Assembly: GCA_951406725.2 (NCBI GenBank)
Contig: OX597816.1
Coordinates: 156,922,001 to 156,986,000 of the forward strand
Origin: Octopus vulgaris
Lineage: Eukaryota
Direction: 5' to 3'
DNA length: 64,000 bases
Shown here: positions 39,340 through 53,175 of the stretch, piece after piece
Numbering within the stretch: position 1 is the stretch's first letter
Layout: each line of letters starts with the position of its first letter
The notes under the pieces: model-generated
Seen by the model: only the letters and a program-made list of their open reading frames with translations
Database searches by the model: none
Told to the model about the DNA's origin: nothing
Program-made: the position numbers and the translations under genes

Positions 39340-39440
39340 ATACATAAACACATACATACGTATGTCCATACATACATACATACATTCATACATGCATACA
39401 TACATACATACACACATACATACATACATACACACATACA

Positions 39441-39474
<34 letters not shown>

Positions 39475-39497
39475 CACACACATACATACATACATAT

Positions 39498-39570
<73 letters not shown>

Positions 39571-39771
39571 CATACTTACATGGTGGTGATTGTCTACTCT
39601 TTATGCAGAGTTTGACCACATCCTGTACCTACACCTTGACACCATCATAGCATCTGATGTGGCTTTTTAAACCAGACAATGTTCTGAAAAGCCATCCACA
39701 TACATATATACATACATGCATACATACATACATGCATACATACATACATACATACATACATACATACATAC

Positions 39772-39840
<69 letters not shown>

Positions 39841-39864
39841 CAGACAGATAGAAAAGAGAAAGAT

Positions 39865-39916
<52 letters not shown>

Positions 39917-39945
39917 CATACATACATACATACATACATAAAGAT
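39340..39945. repeat. (TACA)n/(TA)n/(GATA)n microsatellite cluster
   Basis: Directly visible. Confidence 0.95.
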
Positions 39946-40239
39946 ACATGCATACATATATGTGTGTATGGATATACATGTATGTTTATTGATACACTTG
40001 CTATATATACATGTATGTATACAAATACACACACATACACACAAACATACAAAGACACACACACACATAAATATATATGCATGCATGTATGTGGAGGCCT
40101 GTGTTCTATCCTTTCCTTTCTCATTCCACCATTCTTCATCATGGCAATTTTGCTGCGGTTTTTCTTGTAATCATTGTTTTGATATCTGAGCTGTCGATTT
40201 TGTTTTCATACTCAGCTTTCAGATTTACATTTCATTCAG

Positions 40240-40241
<2 letters not shown>

Positions 40242-40285
<44 letters not shown>

Positions 40286-40373
40286 ATTATTATCATTATC
40301 ATTATTATTATTATTTTTATTATTATTATTTTTATTATTATTATTATCATTATTATTATTATTATTGTTGTTG

Positions 40374-40407
<34 letters not shown>

Positions 40408-40430
40408 CATCATCATCATCATTATTATTA
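40242..40430. repeat. (TTA)n microsatellite
   Basis: Directly visible. Confidence 0.95.
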
Positions 40431-40724
40431 ATGGTTGCCTTTCTTTTACAACGTTTATGTAGTTTTTGAGCGTTGGTGTTTAATGCAAATAATAATAATA
40501 TTATTGATACTAACAAAATGACTACCACAAGATATGCACCAGGAATAATATCAATTCTTGTCTAGTGGTTTTCTCAATAGTGTTTATTTTTTTATCACTG
40601 TTGTTATAGCTGTTTCACTTGAAAAACAATTGCTATTGTTATTAGTGTCATTGTTTGTGAGACAGCGAGAGAAGAGTGTTTAGATACCAAATATATTAGT
40701 CTTTAGTTACTGATCCTTAACTTG

Positions 40725-41115
40725 TGAGTTCAAATACCACCGATGTCAACTTTGCCTCTCACTAGATAAAATAAAATACCTATTTCTTTATTACCCACAA
40801 GGGGCTAAACATAGAGGGGACAAACATGGACAGACATAGGTATTAAGTCGATTATATCGACCCCAGTGCGTAACTGGTACTTAATTTATCGACCCCGAAA
40901 GGATGTAAGGCAAAGTCGACCTCGGCGGAATTTGAACTTACAACGTAACGCAGACGAAATACCGCTAAGCATTTCGCCCAGCGTGCTAACGTTTCTGCCA
41001 GCTCGCCGCCTTAAGGCAAATAAAATAAAATAAAATACCGGCTACGTCAAAGGGTGGATGGCATCGACTAACTCCTCCCCTTTAAAATTTGAGAACTTGT
41101 GCCTAAATAAGAAGC
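40725..41115. mobile_element. SINE family C (minus, about 40777-41012) nested in an older plus-strand family C copy
   Basis: The plus-strand head GAGTTCAAATACCACCGATGTCAACTTTGCC and its tail (41040-41115) are split by an inverted copy. ATAAAATAAAATACC occurs on both sides. Confidence 0.75.
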
Positions 41116-44012
41116 CATTATTGTTTGGCGATATTGCTATCATTTATTTATTAGATAAGGATGGTAGAGTTAAAAGGGTGATATAATAAATTCATGATGG
41201 CGCAGTGCTGCCTTTTAACGCTTTAACGGCAAATCAATAATTTTTGCCATTTGATTGTGTTTATCATTTTTCTGTTTATCATTCTCTCTTTGTAAATTGA
41301 CTATAAAATAATGCTGAGGCTAAGCTAATTGGCCATATTTAAGGTTTTGACCTTTAAAGGTTTTGACCTTGTACGTATGCTAGAAATCACTTTAGATATG
41401 GATGATCCCTAACATTTGGGTAATTAGCAGAATATATAGAGATAGAAAATACAGAAAATGGATTGTAAGGGAAAAATCAGACCCTTAATGGTGTTGATTT
41501 GTTTGGAACAAGTTGAAATCATAAGTTAAGCCCAGTCTGCAGTGAGTATTGTGATGCCTGTAATTATTCCATGTGTTCACTGCTTTCTATTTTGCTGAAA
41601 AATCCTCTCTCGCCTTGTATAGAAGGTTAGAATATATAAAGGAGAACATTCTCGGTTCGATTCTGGGTGTTCATGAGAATATTAATTTCTTTTTTTTTAA
41701 GAATAGGTGCAGATTTTAATCATCGCTGTAAATTACAGCGTTACAGATTGGATTTGACAGTTCAAAGCAAAATTAGAGATAGTGCCATATATACGAATCG
41801 TCTGAGATGCAAGCGAAATCAACCAATAAACAAAGTATCCTGTACGCTTCCGTTCAGTGTCTGGAATAGCTTCTGTCCTTGTGTAGAAGGGATTTAACTG
41901 TAGGTTGAATTTTTTTCTGAAATTGAACAGTCTCCCTGCTTTGATAAGTTAGGGTGAGCAGGCTTCCTCTGCCTATGTGCTTTGCTGGAAACCAATTGAT
42001 TTGTGCACTTGTATTTCTTGTGGACAGAGCCGACCTACTCTGGTCAAGTTTTCAAGTTTTCCCACGACTGTTAAGAGTAATTATGGACTAGGATCTTCTC
42101 CCATCCAATTAGTTTTAAGAGAGAAACGAGACCTATACAAAAGCATTTATAAGCAGATAGCATGAAACTGGAAGCTCACATTTTAATCGTTAATGCGTCA
42201 GATATTCGTGGGTCTCTTCAGAATGCACCAGATGACCTTAAATGGATTTTGACCCTCACAACTGGATCCTATTATTTTTGAGAACTCAATATAATAAAAT
42301 GCTTTTGTTGAGCTTGCCTTCTTCTTTTACTCTATCTAAATCCATACTGTTTGTGTATTTCGTCCTTGTATTATACCCAACGTATTATGACAGTGTGTCC
42401 AATGAAAGCAATCATTATTATTATATTAATAGTTGTATCATCATTTAATAGCAGCAGTGAAACAACAACAATAATATTAACATGGACAGAAACGGACGCA
42501 CAAACAATTGCTGTGAAAACAACAAAAGATCAATACTAACTGCACTTATGACAATAAGATTTTTGTTTGAAAGCAACTACAAAAACAACAACAACGATGA
42601 TGATGATAATAGGAACTGTGCTGGAACGAATAAGAATTACAATGAAAATAACAATCAATAATAATTATGAAAAGAAAGAAAATATGACAAACAAGATGAA
42701 CAATAAGAGCAATGATAGTCATAGAAAAATATATGGAAGACTGCAATAGCAACAAGAGCAAGTAGAGAACAATGCCGAGAATGAATGTTCGAAGAACCAC
42801 AACTATCAGATTGGTAACATATATATATCTATCGTCGACATGTGGCCACACACTATTTGTTGAGGAGGAGAATTTTATGCAGATTAGTCAAGCATACTAC
42901 ATCTCTGGTATTTATTTTATCGATATCCAGCAAGCCATTTCATGACTTGAAATTATCGAGCTTATTACGAACGAAGGTACATTTTGTATTTGGAATTTGC
43001 TTTCTTATATCTAGAATTAAGATTGTTGAGTGAGAATGTCTCCAAAATATGTACCAAGGAGAATAGTGCTATTTTCTGAAAACCTGCCTATGTTTACTCT
43101 TAGGCATACCTTATCTATAAATTGAGAGAGTAGATATGCATCACTCCAATTCGCCGTAAGATTCCTAAACAAACAAACTATGCTGTCTTCTGCACAGTAT
43201 TTCTCTATCTCTATTGATTATTTACGTACAAATGCACATGTATATATCACTATACATCCACAGACTTAAATGTGTGAGTGCACACGAATGCATATGCGTG
43301 TATGCGCGTGTGCACGTCTGTGTGTGTATGTGAGGGTGTGTGTAGGGAAAGTTGCGTTGTGCGTTTCTGTGTCTTTAGATATCAAAATCACGAGGACACG
43401 TGACTGTTATGTTTAATGCTTGTCGTTCTCTTCAGAAGCTTCCTGGTCGTTGTCAGGGGATTGCTCGAATTTGTTTAATTACCTAAGATTATGCAGGTTC
43501 TAGTGTACTTTTGTTTCAGTTTTCCTTGATAATGTTTGCCTCAGACGTTAGTTAAAACATATTTTATTTCGACGGTATCTTTTCATAAACGGTTCTAGTT
43601 TATCATGGACATGTTTTTACACAGCCTAAAATCACACGTCCGCGGATATGTATATTCCCTAACTACTAAGCTTGGTGGTTAGGGCATTCGGCTCACTGTT
43701 CCTATATGCTTCCACACCCTTGTTTTTGCAATTACCAACTCTTTCTATTTGATAATCTAATACAGTGGATAAAATAGACATTCTAGAATGTTTACCGGCT
43801 GATGTCTATCGATTTTATATCCTCTCCACTTTTTTATTTACCGTATAAATCAAGGGTAAACCACTTTTTACCTCCACTCATTTATAACAGTCAATTGCGA
43901 GATTGCTACGCAATACCTTGTACTTGGGGATGAATAATTGGGTACACTACCAGCAGTGTATTGGATAGGTACTATCCCATAGTTGACTTCTCAACCGCTA
44001 ACTCACACTGTA

Positions 44013-44088
<76 letters not shown>

Positions 44089-44219
44089 ATGTATGTATCT
44101 ATGTATTATGTATGTACGTGTGTATGTATATATATATATATATATATGTATGCATGTATGTATGCATGTATGTATCTATGTATTATGTATGTGTGTATGT
44201 ATATATATATATATCTATA

Positions 44220-44259
<40 letters not shown>

Positions 44260-44263
<4 letters not shown>

Positions 44264-45214
44264 TCAGTAATAATATAGGGTGAAATTAATTAATTTGGAA
44301 TAATCATTAATTTCACCAAGCAGATTTCCGCATGTAAAAGCCTCATTCGAGGAAAGTTTAAGTAATACTAAGTAATTAAGGGTTTAGCAACGATTTGCCT
44401 CACCACACACCGAATTTAGAAATAGCAGTCAAAGAGTTATAGCTATTCTTTCTACTAAAAGAGAGATCTCAGTAAAACCACAGCACTTGAAAGGCAAACA
44501 CAGACAGGCAAGAGAGAAAGAAATGACGGCAATCAATCATACAATTTTAAGTCACCTACGGACGTACGTTTCGTAATTAAGTTTTAGGAAAGCATAAGAA
44601 TTAGATAATTATGTCTTACCCAACTTCTTTTCTCATCAACGTAGGACACTAGAATTATGAATAATTGTATATTAAATTTCGAGGTACTAGAAGACATCAT
44701 CTCAACTCAGTATCAGAGCGAGCTAAAGCCGTTACCAGTATCACCAAATCCCAAGTGTGAATGAATGTTTGTGTCACCAACCCCCTCCCACCAGCGTGCA
44801 GCCAAGACAAGATGTTGTGGTCATTTACTGGGATGAAATATGGTTATCAGTAATAATATAGGGTGAAATTAATTAATTTGGAATAATCATTAATTTCACC
44901 AAGTAGATTTCCGCATGTAAAAGCCTCATTCGAGGAAAGTTTAAGTAATACTAAGTAATTAAGGGTTTAGCAACGATTTGCCTCACCACACACCGAATTT
45001 AGAAATAGCAGTCAAAGAGTTATAGCTATTCTTTCTACTAAAGGAGATCTCAGTAAAACCACAGCACTTGAAAGGCAAACACAGACAGGCAAGAGAGAAA
45101 GAAATGTGCTGTGGTTTACTGAGATCTCCCTTTTAGTAGAAAGAATAGCTATAACTCTTTGACTGCTATTTCTAAATTCGGTGTGTGGTGAGGCAAATCG
45201 TTGCTAAACCCTTA
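44260..45214 (-). mobile_element. Non-coding Penelope-type element: partial tandem (pLTR-like) plus inverted terminal segment, with HHR
   Basis: 44260-44525 directly repeats 44843-45106 (583-bp period). 45106-45214 is the reverse complement of 44960-45067. Embedded in a (TA)/(TATG) tract. Confidence 0.85.
44555..44645 (-). ncRNA. Minimal type I hammerhead ribozyme (UUGAUGA core variant)
   Basis: Minus strand: CCTACG-TTGATGA-(long stem II insert)-GAAA-CGTACG-TC-CGTAGG. Perfect 6-bp stem I, palindromic stem III ACGTACGT, GUC site. Confidence 0.75.
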
Positions 45215-45274
45215 TGTATGTACGTGTGTATGTATATATATATATATGTGTATGCATGTATGTATCTATGTATA

Positions 45275-45312
<38 letters not shown>

Positions 45313-45384
45313 GTGTGTGTGTGTGTTTGTGTGAGTGTGTGTATATATATAGAGAGAGAGTTTTTTAGAAGTGGTGCACAGATA

Positions 45385-45552
45385 TTGAATATTGAGAAAA
45401 GAGGAGGTCGTCAGGAGTTTGGAAAAATAATTTTTTATTTAGCTATTTATTATTAGCGTTTTCGAACTTGTCAAATAAAAGAGTGAATGTGCAAACAGGT
45501 TGTTCAGTTATATAAATTAATTTCTTTTTATAGAAGAGAACATTTTTGGGAA

Positions 45553-45626
<74 letters not shown>

Positions 45627-46114
45627 TGACAGATAGATAGAAAGACAGAGAGGCAGATAGGTAGAGAAAGGTAGTGGGAGGCATTTTTTTTTCAATTTGG
45701 AATGTTTTTTTACCTTTTATTTATTTAGTTAATTTTTTACTAAATAGTAAAAAAAACTAACTAAATAAATGGTAAAAACATTCCAAATCTTAAAGAAATC
45801 CCTACCCTCCCTCTCTCCACCTATCTATCTCTGTCTATCTCTATCTAGCTGTCTGTCTATATATCTATCTCTCCTCCCGCTATCTATCTACCTATCTGTC
45901 TCCATATTCCTGGAACGTCACTCCATAACACAAAACAAGCAAAAAACAAACAATGTTCCCTTCTAAAAATAAAATATTGATTTATATAAATGAACAACCT
46001 GTTTGCACATTTTCTATTTTATTTGACAAGTTCGAAGATGAACGAAGCGCTAATAAGGACTAACTAAAGAATTTCTTTTTCCAAAATTCTGACGGCCTCC
46101 TCTGTTCTCAATAT
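45385..46114. mobile_element. Foldback/MITE-like long imperfect palindrome
   Basis: Arms mirror around TTACTA-AA-TAGTAA (about 45743), e.g. TTCGAACTTGTCAAATAAAA / TTTTATTTGACAAGTTCGAA and ATATTGAGAA..GAGGAGGTCGTCAG / CTGACGGCCTCCTC..TTCTCAATAT. Confidence 0.85.
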
Positions 46115-49100
46115 ATATGTGTCTGTGTGTGTGTGTCTGTATATACTCGCTTGTGTGTGAGTGTTTGTGTGTGTGCGCACATTTATGTTTATACATTCAT
46201 ACAGACATACACATATATATGTATATATATTTTCCGATTCTTCAGCCATTTGCTTAGTATGGGTGAGTGCTAATTAATATTTTTCCAGTTAATGCTACAT
46301 GAAATATTATTCAAATCTAGTGGACGTATATACTGAAGTCGTGAGGTATTGTCTTCAATATTTATGTCGCGAAATATGTACTTGTGTCGATGGTAAATTA
46401 TTTTGAACCTATTGGTAGTTACCCTTATGTGTACCTGCAGTTTGTGTCATTCTGTGGCGGTTATACCTGCATTACATGTTAATTTGCAAACGAGACAGTT
46501 TGTGTTAACAGCGCTAGATGAAGGTATGTTGAAATTCTAATTCCTAAGATGCGGTGTATTGTTTGAGTTTTTCGTATTTAGACGATTTCACTGAGCTGTA
46601 ATTAACTGTAGTAATCTCTTTCAATATTGATTTGCTCTGGATAATAAATTTTTACTTTGCGATCGTGTATGCGTTTGTAGCACTTTTGGGTCGAATGGAA
46701 TTATATCTGAATGTTTTTAATAATATCATAGCTACTGGTGTAACAAATTGTATGTTGATTTACTTGGACTAGATGACCTTTCTTTCGTTATAACTGTTTG
46801 TTTTTTTTCTTTGTGTTTTGTCAAATTAATTTCTATTATCGTATTAGTAATTCCTTATTAACTGTGCCAGAGAATATGTTGAAAGCATTTACAACTAAAA
46901 CACTACCACACAACATACACGCATTTTGCAAATAAATAAGAAATACATATTTCTCTTTATAAGCTTATTATATAGTCATTGAAGTAAAATATAATGTCAC
47001 TTAGCATTGAATAAAAACAAATGTTATTGACTTATGCACAGCAATATCAAACAAAGAACAAATATTTGAAACTCTGTTATGTCGAATCATGTGCTTGCTT
47101 TATCGATTTCTCTATGCACTGAAAATATAGAATGATCAATTTACTCGAGGTTCGGCTTAAATCAGAATGTTGTTGTATGCCCGTCGCATAGCATAGTATC
47201 AGCGAACTACTGCCTCCATTTTCATAATATTAAAACTTAAGCTCATAACTAACTAAATTAAATTCTACATTCTTCATTAAGCATCGATAAGTGTTTTTAA
47301 TCCATGTTGCATTTCGCATATATTATAATTTTCTATGACTTTTATTTAATCTCTTTGGATTTGAGTTATTTCTTTTGTTGATATTACTTCTGTGAGTGTT
47401 TTAGGTGACTTGCTGGTTGGTTATAGTACTCTCGTCTGTGGTGACTCTTCTTCTGTCCATATTCAGTCCTACCCGAGTTTTTCATACTTCCTCCATGTTG
47501 TGTTTCTTTCTGCTTGGATTTTCTTCTTAAAGCTATTTATTGTCAGAAAACATTTTAGAAACATGCAGCTACTTATCAAGTATATGTTGTTTTAGGAAAC
47601 CTTTGACTTCAAAAGCATCATCGTTATGATATAGTATTTGTTTCAAATATATTTTTCTCCTTCCTTAAAGTTCTTTCGTCATTTACTATTTCAGAGATGG
47701 GGTTATTCCACATTATTTCTGTTTCTTCTGTATTTCTTTCCGATATATTTGATTATTCTTTTATATTTTTAATTTTCATGTATAAATGTGAAGCAATACA
47801 CATTTTCTTTTTGTAACTCCAACCATTCTTAATTTTATTTCATTTAACCTAGTGATATTTATGAGCGTGTGCATTCATTAATTCTGTTGTGGATTTTGTT
47901 ATTTTACTGTTCATTTTTATTCGTGGCAATTACATTCGTAGGTTTATAGAAATTCTTTCTGTATACTTTATTCATTTACTTTTTTCCCGTGAAATTATAT
48001 TATTCATTATTTCAATTAAAATTGCCTAGTTTGAAATTTTCAACTTCCTTATTTATATTTTGGCTTGGTTTTCATTCGTCTGACTTCTGTTAATGTTTTC
48101 GGATTTCGTTTTGCTCTGCTTCGTTATTTACGTCGTTTGTTTGCCATATGCTGCAGCTATTTTGGAGGTTTACATTTTCAAAGCTTCTATTTTTGTTGTA
48201 TATTATTTTTATTGCATAGTTTCAGTCCATTATTTCTGTTCTATGCATACTTTCATTTAAGTGAATATTTTAAATTCTAACATATTTTCGTCTTTGGAGA
48301 ATATATCATCCGTTAAGACCCAACGGTATGCGTTGATCCGGATATTTTCACTTTAAGTTTTTTATGAGAATAGTATCATAGTTTTCTTTGAAGGAAAGAG
48401 AGTTGTAGCCTAAAATATACATATAAAATAGAAACGTCAGCCCTTTTCTTGTTGTTTGCCACACTTGAGCGGACAACTCACGTTTTTATTTTGAAATTTT
48501 CAAAATTACCGTCGAGTACCGGTTTATTGCTTTTTGCAGATATCGAGCTTTGCATGATTCTTGTGCATCAAAATCAAAATAAACAAACTTCTTTTAGCTT
48601 TGGAACGAAATAAATCATTCTTTTGTTTTTGTATCGTTTGTCACCTTCGTTTCGAGGAATGCAATGAATCTGTCTGTTGCCGATTGAATTATTTATCAGT
48701 CTTGCTTATAAATGATATCCAGAAGCCACAGAGAAACTTTCCAAAATGCATACGCAGTTTTGATATACGTTGTGAGAATCCCTAAAAGAATTTTCAGCTA
48801 ATGAATCAAGTAGCGGTGTCTCGTATTGAATGTCACTGTATTATCTTTGTAAAAGGCCCTGCAGTATCCCGTATTAAACATTAAAAGACTATCGAGGAGG
48901 AAATATGAATTTATTAGAAATATTTGGTGCAATCTTTCAGAAACAACTATGAACAAAACACACGCTACTGCTAAGAATTGACAAAACAACCCAAATCACC
49001 CAATCAATATAAAACCGTAACTGGGTTAAAGTTCTGGAATACGACTCATAAAATGCCAATGCCAACTGCACAATTGCTCCCATAGTACTGCCAACAGCAG

Positions 49101-50050
49101 CGACTCGATGTGGTGAAAATAACTACAATACCTCCACTTCCATACCACAGTAAAGCACATCACTAAGACACCAGGGAAAATGAGAGGAACAGTAGCGGAA
49201 AGAGTAGCACCAATAACATACCAACAACTGCAGACAGCAGATTTATAACTAAGTCAGTGCAGTGGATTATCATCACCATCTTTGAAACAGTTCTAAAAAG
49301 AACAACACCAAGTGTAGCACTAATCAAACACATGCACACCTATCCATTCATGAAGAAGTTTGCAGCTCTCTGGTTTCGCCCCATATGACAAAATATTTGC
49401 TGACGAGACAGAAGCATGGCAGTCTTTTGTTTGGTGGTCAAGGTAATAACAGTAAATGATAATTGACCCAACATAAAATAAAACAGAAAGAAAGGCAGCA
49501 CGGCAAGGTAAAGCGCGGGAAGACCAATCACCCATCAGCATATCCACGACAACTACATCAAGAAAAATATTCAGAATTACAGCCGTAAAGTCAGCAATAT
49601 GAAAGCGCACAGCAAAACATCAAAAGAAGCATCAAAACTCACCAAAAATTAAGACCATCGATATCAACATCACCAACAGAAAAAAAAACTCAGGCATACA
49701 GAACGCAAACTCTACATGAAAATTTATAAATATATAATAAAGTCAAAGCGTGACGTATCTAGAGAATTAATCACAAAACTACGTAATGATGTATTTTCGT
49801 AAAATAGACAGATAATGCCTTTCGTTGGAACATTTCACAGATCAACTTTCTGAAGAATAGACCCGATTACTTCAGTTTTACAAGATAAATATAAATGGGC
49901 AGTCACATTTTCCATCTCCCAACTTAAAAAGCTGTATTTATAGGAGATATAAAAGTATGTGGACGGGAGTCAGCTTTGAAGTGAGGTTACATGTTCAACA
50001 ATCCATCTTCAACAATAGATGTAGCAGCAATGTAAGAAACGAACATTTAT

Positions 50051-50241
50051 ATTCTTTCGCACTCTAGGCACAAGGCCCGAAATCTTGGGGGAGTGGGGCC
50101 AGTCGATCAGATCGACTCCAGTACACAAACGGTACTTAATGTATCGACCCCGATAGAATGTAAAGCAAAGTCGACCACGGCAGATGAAATAGCACTACGC
50201 ATTTTGCCCGACATGCTAACGTTTCTGCCAGCTCGCCACCT
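50051..50241 (-). mobile_element. SINE family C, internally deleted
   Basis: CTCTAGGCACAAGGCCCGAAA...CGTTTCTGCCAGCTCGCCACCTT. Confidence 0.85.
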
Positions 50242-52196
50242 TGACAAGCTAAAATTTACATTGCGTTTGCTCTTGCACGCAGATTATGTCCTTTGCAGAC
50301 TATGTTCCTCGTGTAAGTTCTCCTTCATTCTTTCCCTTGTTTGTCAGTGTAGATAACTTTAACTCTCACATCCGATAAATTGCAAGACCTTTAGAATGCA
50401 ACATGGCCGAATACAGGTTGATGCAAGAACAGCTACACTTTAGCAAATGTCTGCCCTTTGCGATTTATTGATAGTCATTACATATGTCAGGAGACTGGTT
50501 TTTTTCTAAAGTGAATGGCATATTTGGAATGCGCATGCGTTAAGCGATATGTGATATAAAAAAAACTCAGTTCACTTTTAAAAAAATACCTTTTCACTAT
50601 GCATCGCCACCATAAACACCATCATGAACAACAACAGCATCATCACCATCATCTCTCCCTTTCTTTTTCTCCCCCCTGTCTCTCTTTCTTTAATCTCATC
50701 GTCAGAACATCACCAGTTTGCTAAAGTGATATTCCTAACTCCTTTATATTTGTACCTTCAGCCATCTTTTTTAGCTACGCAATAAATATTATGTTCCCCC
50801 TGCCACATGCCTCACGGTTACAACGATCTTCATAGAGCCGCATGGTAAATCAGTGATGCTAGACAAGAACAGGTTTGACTACGTTGCCTTCAGAGAAGAT
50901 ACTGCCTATTCCTCTACTACAGTAGAACGGTACAATCGGTAAACGTCTCGCTATTTAGGGCCAATGGAAGTATAGAATAACATTTTAACTCATGCTGAGA
51001 TTGTTCTAATTTATCCGATAAATGTCTTGCAGCCTTGCTTAGACATTCCGACTTGTTTTGCATGCACCAACTCTCAGTATGCAAGAACTAGCTGCACTGG
51101 ATTTTCCAGATCATATTTGATAAAACACCCAAAGGCCAGCAAAGAAGAATAATATAGTGTGTCAACATTTTTAACGGGTCGACTATACATCTCACAAATT
51201 TCTAATCAGCAGGCTTGATGTACATAGTACGTATAAACAGCAACACTCAGATTAGAGTGAAATCGATAGACAAATTTCAGCGGGAAAGTAGGTAGCAATA
51301 GATGTATTAGATTACATTAGTTGCTAGTTCGCTATTTGGAAGAGACGATTCGAAAAGAAATCGCCATGGTCGTTCAGGTTGCAAGAATAACCCTAGATCC
51401 TTTCTTCAACGCAAGTCACGAAAGCTGTCACAGGTAAGGTGCGTGACGTTGTCATTATTGTAGTTATTGCTAGGGCTGCAGATTGAGGGAATCGTTACTG
51501 CATTCGAGAATATGCTGCACAGTTTTAATGCTCTTTGCAACATTCATGGGCCGATAAAATAAAGTGTCTTTAGAGGACTGGTGTTTATTTAACCGGGTGC
51601 ACTCTGGCGCAAATATCAAGGCTTGTATCATTCTTAGAAACAATAATTGTTGTTGTACTTGTTATCATTGTTGTTCTCCTCTAGTCAAGTTAATAGATTT
51701 CTCAGAAATGAAATGAATGAAACTGAATTACATGACACTATCAGCAACAGTGAAATTTTCCTATGTACTTTAAACCGTAATAATAAACCGTTGTAATTGT
51801 ATGGATTTGAGTTTTTTTGATTTTATTATATTTCATATTTTTGTAAGAACTTATAATGATGATAATAGAGATGTAGAGGAAGAAGATGGCAGAGGGGAGA
51901 TAAAGGTAATATTCATAGTGTTGTTGATATTATGCATCTTTTTCTTAGTTTATTTCCTCTTTTAGTTATTTTATATATTTCGATCTTCACATCATTCTGT
52001 ATTATATAATAATGACGTTTTTGCCATTATTATATATTATAGGCAAATGACATGGCAATTTCCTTTTATCGTTCTTAATAAGATTTGGAAAAACAGGCCT
52101 GATAAATTATTAAAATATTGGTATAAGTTGTCAGCTAGTAAGTGTGTGTGTGTGTGCGTGTGTGTGTGTGCGTGTGTGTGTTTGCGTGTGCGTGTC

Positions 52197-52240
<44 letters not shown>

Positions 52241-52804
52241 TATTTGTGTGTGTATGTATGCGTGTGTGTGTGTGTGTGTACTTATCTAAACATGATTGAA
52301 ATGAAATAAAATAATCACAACTAAGGTACTGCTTTAGAAGAATTACCAATTGTTTAAAATTTTAAGTGATTCTCTGAAGTGATGATTTTCAAATAATACG
52401 AAAATAGACAATCATAATAACAAAGTATAGCAACAAAATATTTAATCAGATGCTTTCTTATCAAATTACTATTAAAAAAAATCCATAACCATGTTTTTCA
52501 TTCAAAATGTTTTTGTCGTTATCCAATGTTCCTCCATACCATTTCTTTTATAATTGTCATATCTAACTTGATCCTCTTTTGTGCGATTTAAGTTTTGAAG
52601 CTAATTTCGTGTATATACGTGCTTTCACAGTTAACATTTTCAGCACCAACAGGTGAGCGAAGCATCTGCATTAGATTTATCATTCTTCTTGATAACAACG
52701 ATTTAATATTCCTATTTAATGTTCAATGGAAGTATTATATCAAGAATATTATGATTCATTCTCGATACCTTTAGTGTTCTATCATGTAACGTTAGCTTTC
52801 TCTC

Positions 52805-52863
<59 letters not shown>

Positions 52864-52965
52864 ATCTATGTATTTCTCCCAATCTCCCAATCTCTGTCTC
52901 TATCGCTATCTCTCTCCTGGTCTTCTATCATAGATTAACTGCAGGTAATACTGTTATGTGGGAGA

Positions 52966-53175
52966 AGGATGGTGAGCTGGCAGAATCATTACCACGCCGG
53001 GCATGATGCTTAGCGGCATTTCGTCCATCTGTACGTCCTGAGTTCAAATTTTGCCGAGGCTGATTTTGCTTTTAATCATGTCGGGGTCGATGAGATAAGT
53101 ACTAGATGAGTATTAATCTCAATGTAATCCACTATTCCCCTCCCAGGAAACTGCTGCTTTGTGTGAAAATTTGAA
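52966..53175 (+). mobile_element. SINE family C, diverged
   Basis: GGTGAGCTGGCAGAATC...GAGTTCAAATTTTGCCGAGG...CGGGGTCGAT. Confidence 0.8.

Noticed and set aside
41341-41370. Short direct duplication (AAGGTTTTGACCTT x2); similar ones at about 3134, 29198 and 59163
   Set aside because: Ordinary slippage duplications.
41550-42250. Decayed LINE linker region (LLKLIGWEKILV on the minus strand)
   Set aside because: Only one short motif resemblance, which is insufficient support.
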